Below are positions 1 through 6,854 of a stretch of DNA of 37,643 nt, in pieces. Each line of letters opens with the position of its first letter. Position 1 is the stretch's first letter. A program made the position numbers and the translations under genes. The notes below the pieces were generated by a model. That model was not told where the DNA came from, ran no database searches, and saw only the letters and a program-made list of their open reading frames with translations. Source of the stretch: Sediminibacterium sp. (GTDB lineage: Bacteria > Bacteroidota > Bacteroidia > Chitinophagales > Chitinophagaceae); contig DAIMYK010000001.1 of the NCBI GenBank assembly GCA_036734525.1, forward strand, positions 1 to 37,643. Direction: 5' to 3'.

Positions 1-1158
1 GAAACCATTTCCTCCGTGTATTTGAACTCCCTCATCCACCACAAAATCGAGCACCTCACTGCCATAAACTTTTAGCATGCTGCATTCAATGGCTTATTCT
101 TCCGCAGCTCCCAGCAGGGATTCGGCAAAAGATTTTCCAGACTCTCTTAACTCACGTTCTTTCTGTTCTATCCAGTTAGCAGTTCTATACAAGGCAGCAT
201 CAGCCACCCAGATGCGAATAGCCATTTCAGCGATCTTATGGCGGATGGCTCCAAACTTGGCAATAGGTATTTTAAATTGTTCCCTAGTCTTAGCATATTC
301 GACCACAGTTTTGGCTGAGCCACGCGCACCACCCAATGCAGCAGCACAGAGTTTCAAACGGCCGATGTTCAGAATATTAAAGGCAATAAGGTGACCTTTT
401 CCTATTTCACCGAGCAAATTCTCCACAGGCACCTTGCAATCCTGGAAGTAGAGCTGAACAGTAGAAGATCCTTTGATACCCATTTTGTGCTCCTCCGGTC
501 CCTGGGTAAATCCTTCCATACCCCGCTCCACAATGAAACCGGTGAATTTTTCTCCATCGATCTTAGCGAAGATGGTATATACATCTGCGAAACCACCATT
601 GGTGATCCAACATTTTTGACCATTCAGTATATAATGTTTACCGTCTTCACTCAAGCGAGCCGTGGTCTTGGCACTGAGCGCGTCACTTCCGCTGTTCGGT
701 TCAGTCAATCCATAAGCTCCCTTCCATTCCCCGGAAGCCAGCTTAGGAATGTATTTTGATTTCTGCTCAGGGGTTCCAAAATATAGTATAGGTAAAGTTC
801 CGATGCCGGTATGCGCAGCTATGGCTACAGAGAAGGAAAATCCACCCCCCAAGCCTTCATTGACAAGCGTGGAAGTAATGAAATCGCGTGCCAGACCTCC
901 GTATTCCTCCGGCAAGGAGGTGCCCAAAAGGCCCTGCTCACCCGCTTTTTGAACGAGGGAATGCATAAGTCCGGGCTCGAGTTTGTCGATTCGATCGATA
1001 ATGGGAAGCACTTCCGTATCGAGAAATTGATGGCACATATCGAGTACCATCTTCTGTTCCTCATTAAAATCTTCACGGATAAAAGTGTCTTGTGGCTCGC
1101 TCGGTGCTATGAGCCATTCACCGCCGCGCAGTGCTTTTGCTGTCATCGTGGTCTCCAT
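1..1158 (-). CDS. Acyl-CoA dehydrogenase family protein (runs off the window edge; one in-frame TAA at 94-96)
   Basis: ACAD motifs AYGLTEPNSGSDA, LNGQKCWITNG, EHKMGIKGSST, REQF. The frame continues past the TAA as AIECSMLKVYGSEVLDFVVDEGVQIHGGNGF, a conserved ACAD segment. Start placed at METTMT (1158), downstream of the reconstructed MarR stop. Confidence 0.93.
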
Positions 1159-1187
1159 ATTGTTGGTTTTAGATTGAGTGTAAACTA

Positions 1188-1643
1188 TCAGGAATTGGTT
1201 CCGTTGATACAATTATCATATACCCGCTGAAATACATTTTTCACCACATTGATCTCGTCCTTGGTAATACCTACAAGCGCTTCATCCATTGTTTGGTTCG
1301 CGATCAATATGGTAAGGTCCTGCAATTCTATAGCTGCCGGCGTGAGTCATACCAGTGTGTTGCGAAGGTCAGTTTTGGAGGGCATGCTCTTCACCAGTTT
1401 GTGTTTTTCCAGGTTATCGATCAATCGGGTAATACTGGGCTTATCACGAAAAGTACGGTTGCACAGTTCCTGCTGGCTAAGACAATCCTGCTTCCACAAA
1501 TGGTACAATATGCTCCATTGCTCAATGGTGATTTCAAGTCCCGCCTGCCGAAAATTCTTCTGCAAACGCCGTGCCACAGCTGTTGAAGCCATGCCATTGA
1601 TGACACTGTAAAGTTCCCCGCGCTTGAATTGGTTGTTGGGCAT
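1188..1643 (-). CDS. MarR family transcriptional regulator (in-frame TGA at 1347-1349)
   Basis: ITIEQWSILYHLWKQDCLSQQELCNRTFRDKPSITRLIDNLEK is a MarR winged helix. The frame continues after the TGA (LTPAAIELQDLTILIANQTMDEALVGITKDEINVVKNVFQRVYDNCINGTNS*), giving a normal-length protein of ~151 aa. Confidence 0.9.
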
Positions 1644-1647
1644 ATAG

Positions 1648-1663
1648 TTAGTTATGCAACTAA
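1648..1663. promoter_or_regulatory. Putative MarR operator palindrome TTAGTT-ATGC-AACTAA
   Basis: Perfect 6-bp inverted repeat 4 nt upstream of the marR ATG. MarR regulators typically autoregulate through such palindromes. Confidence 0.55.
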
Positions 1664-1789
1664 TTTCAAAATTGACGTGTTTTAAGGAAACAGCCAAAAA
1701 AAAGAAACTAATTTTTAGGTAAAATAGGTTCCGGGCCATAGTCGCCTGAACGACTATCCGGTTGGCAAATATTGTTTTTCTTTGTTGCT

Positions 1790-2953
1790 ATGATCAACTG
1801 GTGGATTTGGGCAGCGAGCATTGGAATGGGCAGCTATCTGTTGCTGATGGCTGTCTACAGCTACTATTACCGGAAGCTGAAGCCCTTTGAAGCCGGAACC
1901 ACGATAACTGAGCCTGCGATATTCTTCTCCATACTCGTACCGGCACGCAATGAATCTGAATCAATAGGAGGCTGTATCCGGTCGATCTATAACAATGATT
2001 ATCCCGCTCATCTTTTTGAGGTTATCGTGATAGATGATTTCTCAGAAGATGACACGCCTCTACAGGTACTGGCACTGCAGAAAGAGTTTCCTACGTTGCG
2101 TTTACTCTCGCTGCACAACTTTCCCGCCTCGGGCAATACCCACTTTAAAAAGCGCGCTATAGAAGTAGGCGTTGGAGAAAGTAAAGGCAACTGGATTGTA
2201 ACAACGGATGCTGATGCCATCGTACCCAGACAATGGCTGAAACAACTGAACAATTATATTCATGCCCATCAACCTGTTTTTGTTGCGGCACCGGTAATAT
2301 TCCACTCCGGAAAAAGCATGTTATCAAAATTTCAGGAGCTGGACTTTATGACGATGCAGGGAATTACGGCAGCATCGGTGGGAGCTGGGTTTCATAGCAT
2401 GTGCAATGGGGCCAATCTGGCGTATAAGAAAGAAGTATTTTACAGCGTGGGTGGATTTGAAGGAAATCTACATCTGCCTACCGGTGATGATATGCTACTG
2501 ATGCACAAAGTGAAGAAGGCCTTTCCTGAAGGTATTGGCTACTTGTTTTCCACGCAGGCAATTGTGAGCACCTGGCCACAAAAGAGTTGGAAAGATTTTT
2601 TACACCAAAGAATTCGTTGGGCAAGCAAGGCAGACAGTTATGGAGAGCCGGTAATCTTTAGTGTGTTGCTGGGTGTGTGGATACTAAACGCCCTCCTTTT
2701 GCTTGGAATGATCGGTATATTTTTTGATCATCAATTTCTTCTGCCCTGGTTTGTCTTAATGACTATGAAAACAATAGCAGAAGTTATTTTTCTTTTACCT
2801 GTAACCCAATTCTTTAAGAGGGGGGCGTTGTTGAGCCATTTCCCATTTTTGCAACCGCTCCACCTAATATATATAGTTGTAGCAGGATGGCTGGGAAAAT
2901 TTGGTTCTTATCAATGGAAAAACCGGGTCATTACTACATCATCTAAAAGATAA
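1790..2953 (+). CDS. Glycosyltransferase family 2, membrane-associated
   Basis: SILVPARNE, VIDDFSED, TTDAD (DxD), GDD and QRIRW (QxxRW) motifs, with N- and C-terminal hydrophobic helices. Confidence 0.92.
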   Translation: MINWWIWAASIGMGSYLLLMAVYSYYYRKLKPFEAGTTITEPAIFFSILVPARNESESIGGCIRSIYNNDYPAHLFEVIVIDDFSEDDTPLQVLALQKEFPTLRLLSLHNFPASGNTHFKKRAIEVGVGESKGNWIVTTDADAIVPRQWLKQLNNYIHAHQPVFVAAPVIFHSGKSMLSKFQELDFMTMQGITAASVGAGFHSMCNGANLAYKKEVFYSVGGFEGNLHLPTGDDMLLMHKVKKAFPEGIGYLFSTQAIVSTWPQKSWKDFLHQRIRWASKADSYGEPVIFSVLLGVWILNALLLLGMIGIFFDHQFLLPWFVLMTMKTIAEVIFLLPVTQFFKRGALLSHFPFLQPLHLIYIVVAGWLGKFGSYQWKNRVITTSSKR

Positions 2954-2955
2954 TG

Positions 2956-3045
2956 CTACAGCTCATCCGATCCGGGAAACCAGGCAAAAAGTAGGAGCGG
3001 TACCAAGGCAAGTACAGCAAAAAATAAAGAAATAATTTTTTTCAT
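2956..3045 (-). CDS. Putative 29-aa hydrophobic small protein or signal-peptide remnant (MKKIISLFFAVLALVPLLLFAWFPGSDEL)
   Basis: ATG to TAG frame read manually. MKK plus a long hydrophobic stretch, preceded by an AT-rich leader (TTAAAATCAATCCTT-ATG). Confidence 0.4.
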   Translation of the reverse strand: MKKIISLFFAVLALVPLLLFAWFPGSDEL

Positions 3046-3253
3046 AAGGATTGATTTTAAATTCTGATTAATATTAAGTCGATTCGTTTAATACAAATTG
3101 TTATAATCCAGTAAAGAGTTGATTTTAATCGGTGAATTTGGATTCAATTACTTGTTGTTTAACTATTGTATCCGAAAGGTTAAACAACATAAGGTGATGA
3201 ATACACATCCATTAATAATGATACAAAGGGAAGAAGTAACGTTGCCCGGAAAA

Positions 3254-4705
3254 TCAGGCGAGATCAGTTTTTTCTTGCAGGTACTCTTGTTCCAATAACA
3301 ATATTATACCCAAACAACAATAAAAGACCGATCCTATTTTGTCGGTTTCTATCAGGTCGCTCATTAGATTGAGTACAAGTACAATTGTGAGAACAGCAGT
3401 GGTGGTAAAGGCAATGGAGCGATAAAAATGACTTTGCAACTTCCGGCACAATCGCTGTAAAGAAAGGAACATACCAATGATCAGTAGCAGAAATAGAACT
3501 AATCCGATCCAGCCTTGTTCCAGCGCCAGCAATAAAAAATAATTGTGAACGGTAGAGTGTTCCGGGTTATCACTTACCCAGGTTTGAAACCTGCGCAGTG
3601 TGTAAGGTTGATAGTGTCGATAGAATGAATTAGGTCCAAAACCAGTAATGGGTTCATGCACCAACATCCGAACGCCGGCTACCCAGCGATGCCATCTCTC
3701 AGCTGTAGAGATATCTTTTCCCTCGAATGTTGCCTGCCAATGCTGGCGGAATTCTGTATGAAAATAGGTTTGGTCGTGATCGGGTGCAAATCGCATGTAT
3801 CTTTTTTCTGTTACCAGCCATGCAGAACTAACCAATACGACTGTAGCAACCATTACCATCACGGGGACTACCCATTTTTTTTGTACAACATAGACCATTA
3901 TTGCGCCGGCAGGTAATGCGACCCAGGCACCTCGGGAAAAAGCAAGTATCCAGGCAGCGATGCCAAGTAGTATACCGATGAAGAGTATATTTTTTTGGAC
4001 TGATTTCCTGGGAGCGAGATAAAAACAAAGTACAGCAACAGGCAACAACAAGGTCAAGAGAGCAGCATAATTTACATGGTTCCTGAAAAAGGGGGCCATT
4101 GCTTTGCGAATGCTGAAGAAAGAGAACCCATACATGCCATGTCTTACCATGACCTGTACGACAAGCAAACCCATAGGTACCAGCAGGCAGGTAGCCCATA
4201 TTTTCCAATGCCGGGGAGTTCGGATAAAAAATACCGGTAAAATAACAAAGGGAACGATGTACCAGATTTTGGCGAGGTTATATTTCACAGATAGCAACGG
4301 CTCTTGAGAATAGAAGCAGGTGATGGTTACCCAAATGAACTGTACTAACAGAAGGGTAAATAAATTCGATCGCAGTAATATGGAGGGGAATCTGGAAGGC
4401 ATCAATAGAAAATAAAAAATTGCACCTGCCGATATAAAAATGATGATGGGTTCGGCGGTAAATTCAATAACAAGAGAAGTTGTAATAGACCATGCGGTAG
4501 AAAAAGGTATGTTAACAAACAGAAGCCAGAAAAGCATACGGGAAGGAATGAAAAATGCCGGCACCAATGCATAAGCCAGTAATATAGCAAAGGGAAACAA
4601 CATCCAAACCCATTCAAAAGATAGTAATGCCATTAGTCCTGAAAACAAAAAAATCAGGACAAGCAAAATGGTTTGTACCCGAAAAGAAAGCGCGAACGAA
4701 TTCAT
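3254..4705 (-). CDS. O-antigen ligase (Wzy_C/WaaL-like) family membrane protein
   Basis: Many TM segments, with FSRGAW, PITGFGPNSF and HNYFLLLALEQGWIG motifs. Confidence 0.88.
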   Translation of the reverse strand: MNSFALSFRVQTILLVLIFLFSGLMALLSFEWVWMLFPFAILLAYALVPAFFIPSRMLFWLLFVNIPFSTAWSITTSLVIEFTAEPIIIFISAGAIFYFLLMPSRFPSILLRSNLFTLLLVQFIWVTITCFYSQEPLLSVKYNLAKIWYIVPFVILPVFFIRTPRHWKIWATCLLVPMGLLVVQVMVRHGMYGFSFFSIRKAMAPFFRNHVNYAALLTLLLPVAVLCFYLAPRKSVQKNILFIGILLGIAAWILAFSRGAWVALPAGAIMVYVVQKKWVVPVMVMVATVVLVSSAWLVTEKRYMRFAPDHDQTYFHTEFRQHWQATFEGKDISTAERWHRWVAGVRMLVHEPITGFGPNSFYRHYQPYTLRRFQTWVSDNPEHSTVHNYFLLLALEQGWIGLVLFLLLIIGMFLSLQRLCRKLQSHFYRSIAFTTTAVLTIVLVLNLMSDLIETDKIGSVFYCCLGIILLLEQEYLQEKTDLA

Positions 4706-4706
4706 G

Positions 4707-5555
4707 CTACTGCAAATTGTTGCGGTGATATACAATCACCCAGGTCATTGCAAATAAAAGTGCGGTGATGAATGCCCCTGTGATAACGACTAATTTATCC
4801 GGACGAACAGCTGATTTATTTGCTATGGCACCATCCAGTACAATTAGCACATCTGGTATGGCTGCAAGAGCCTGCTGCCATTCACCTGTAATAGTTATAT
4901 TATTGGCAATGAGTTGCCGGATGCTCTGGATTTTTGTTTCACGAATCACATTTTCAGCTTCGGAACTATCTCTTACAGCTGAAAGCGCAATAAATTCTTG
5001 CTGAAGTTTTTGTAAAGAATTCCTGAGTTCCTGAATAGTAGTGTTGTATTGCAATTGAATTCCCTCAAGCATTCTTAGATTGATTTTAGAACGAAAAGCG
5101 TTTACCCATAGTAGAGCTGTGTCGGGCTCTTTAGCCCACGCGATGATTTGCAGTTGACCCTTCTCGGTAGGTTTAGCATATAATTTCTTACGTAAGATAT
5201 CAACGGCCTTTTCAATTCTTAAAGAAGAATCTGGCTCCTGAATTTTAAAATACCCAACCAGGTTATTTTCTACCACAATAGCTCGGTAGATTGAAATCCA
5301 GTCATTAGCCGATTCGATTCTTTCAATGTCATCTCCGCTACCAAAAAAGGAATAGAGGTCTTTGATATTGGGATTAAAGAGTTTGGCTTTATCGGTTAAT
5401 TGTATATTGACCGGACTGATGGTAGCCACCGATTTGTACTCGGTCGGTAAAACATTTACGAGTAGAGCAGCTGCCAGGGTTATGCCAAGCGTGAATAGCA
5501 GTAAAAATTTTTTATGTTGATATAGCAGGGGTATAATCCGATCGAGGTGCAACAT
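4707..5555 (-). CDS. Wzz/polysaccharide co-polymerase-like protein
   Basis: N-terminal TM followed by PTEYKSVATI, a central coiled-coil, and a C-terminal RPDK plus TM helix. Lies directly upstream of the O-antigen ligase-like gene. Confidence 0.72.
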   Translation of the reverse strand: MLHLDRIIPLLYQHKKFLLLFTLGITLAAALLVNVLPTEYKSVATISPVNIQLTDKAKLFNPNIKDLYSFFGSGDDIERIESANDWISIYRAIVVENNLVGYFKIQEPDSSLRIEKAVDILRKKLYAKPTEKGQLQIIAWAKEPDTALLWVNAFRSKINLRMLEGIQLQYNTTIQELRNSLQKLQQEFIALSAVRDSSEAENVIRETKIQSIRQLIANNITITGEWQQALAAIPDVLIVLDGAIANKSAVRPDKLVVITGAFITALLFAMTWVIVYHRNNLQ

Positions 5556-5587
5556 GGTTGAGATGTTTTAATGAAATTACAAATTAA

Positions 5588-6061
5588 TTACCCGTTGGTT
5601 GCCACTACAATATTTCTATCGAGGCTTTCTTCCAGAGAGATAAAGGTTTCGGTTCGCTCGATGCCTTTAATTTTTTGTAATTCATCGTGAAGTACAAATC
5701 GCAGTTGCTGAATGTCTTTACAAACAATTTCAGCGAACATGCTATAGTTACCGGTGGTATAATTGAGCCGAACGATCTGGGGTATTTTTTTCAGTTCTCT
5801 GGCGACGGAGTCGTAAAGGGAGGATTTCTCGAGATAGATTCCAATAAACGCAATAACATCGTAGCCCAGCAGTTTGAGGTCTACCGATAATTTTTTACCT
5901 TTCACTACTTTTTGTTCTTCGAGTTTTTTGATGCGTACGTGTATGGTACCGCCGGAAACAAATAGTTTCTTACCCAGGTCGGCGTATGATATCTCTGCAT
6001 CTTCCATCATAGCCTGTATGATCTGAAGATCGAGTTTGTCAAAATTTAGTTTAGCAGACAT
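5588..6061 (-). CDS. Lrp/AsnC family transcriptional regulator (AsnC-like)
   Basis: DKLDLQIIQAMMEDAEISYADLGKKLFVSGGTIHVRIKKLEE HTH, and a YTTGNYSMF...IERTETFISL ligand-binding domain similar to AsnC. Confidence 0.93.
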   Translation of the reverse strand: MSAKLNFDKLDLQIIQAMMEDAEISYADLGKKLFVSGGTIHVRIKKLEEQKVVKGKKLSVDLKLLGYDVIAFIGIYLEKSSLYDSVARELKKIPQIVRLNYTTGNYSMFAEIVCKDIQQLRFVLHDELQKIKGIERTETFISLEESLDRNIVVATNG

Positions 6062-6079
6062 TTGGCTTGTTTTTTTACA

Positions 6080-6177
6080 AATATTCTAATAAAAATACAA
6101 TATTATTGAATATTTTCTATATTTTTTGAATATTACTTAAATATTTACCAACTTATAAGGCTTTTATATTAATATTG
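6080..6177. promoter_or_regulatory. Divergent promoter region with phased AATATT motifs (candidate Lrp/AsnC sites) and a -7-like TAATATTG box
   Basis: AATATT starts at 6080, 6099, 6109, 6129, 6140 and 6171. TAATATTG at 6170-6177 is one mismatch from the Bacteroidota TAnnTTTG box. Confidence 0.45.
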
Positions 6178-6222
6178 TATAGTCAACAACGGCAACAAGT
6201 GTCGGAAGAAGGTTGACGATAC

Positions 6223-6394
6223 TGTGGGGTGATGAAATTTTTGGCAGACATGCCCTCTTGTCTCGGGGGTGAGGATAATGGGATAAACGTAGTGTAGAGC
6301 CGCCTGTGTAGCGATATATAGGCGACCAGGGTCGACCACTGAACTTTGCGCTATAGCTAACCACCTCGTGGAGGTTCGATCCCTCCCCCTACAG
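6223..6394 (+). ncRNA. tRNA-like RNA with GTC (Asp) anticodon and a 100-nt structured variable arm
   Basis: Acceptor TGTGGGG 6223-6229 / CCCTACA 6387-6393. D arm ATG-AAATTTTTGGCAGA-CAT. Anticodon arm CCCTC-TTGTCTC-GGGGG. T arm GGAGG-TTCGATC-CCTCC. The variable region 6270-6369 folds into a branched stem. A terminator follows. Confidence 0.85.
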
Positions 6395-6399
6395 CAACT

Positions 6400-6437
6400 A
6401 CCGGAAAATCTGAGGACTTCAGTTTTCCGGTTTTTTT
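6400..6437 (+). terminator. Rho-independent terminator of the tRNA-like RNA
   Basis: ACCGGAAAA(T)CTGA-GGACT-TCAGTTTTCCGGT hairpin followed by a T run. Confidence 0.85.
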
Positions 6438-6854
6438 ATGTCTTAACACTCAACAATCTCATCTCAGGATCTACAATTTTTTCAAAAACAAACCAATCAA
6501 CTCCAGTCAATAATTATTTTTTATTAATCACATATACTTTTTTAATGCATAAACTTGGAGGCTTCGAATTGTTAAAAAAAGTAAAAGGCTAAATTCACCA
6601 AAACCTTCAAACACAAGTCGTGAAAAAAAGGATTGAAGAGCAGAAAGCTACGAGTCAAAATTTCCTCTTCTCTACCATTTTGATCTAGTGGAAGGAAATA
6701 CAATTGAAATGTTGGAATATATATCCCGTCTTTCAATATTGCGTTGAACCTGAAAAAGAAACGAGGCTGTTCGGAAACTAAATAAAAGAGATTATAAAAC
6801 AGAAACATCTCCTGCGGAGTAAAATTTTTAACCTACATTCCTAACCACTAAACA

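Noticed and set aside
6223..6394. Interpretation as tmRNA, tRNA-Sec or an intron-containing tRNA
   Set aside because: Too short for tmRNA, lacks G3-U70 and has a full anticodon arm. The anticodon is not TCA and the D stem is short, unlike tRNA-Sec. The insert is in the variable arm and too small for a group I or II intron.
6164..6808. ORFs 6164-6364 (-), 6368-6592 (+) and 6572-6808 (-)
   Set aside because: They overlap the structured RNA, its terminator or the susC upstream region, and show no protein-like motifs.
6440..6854. Riboswitch upstream of susC
   Set aside because: No cobalamin, TPP, SAM or other recognisable aptamer motif was seen.
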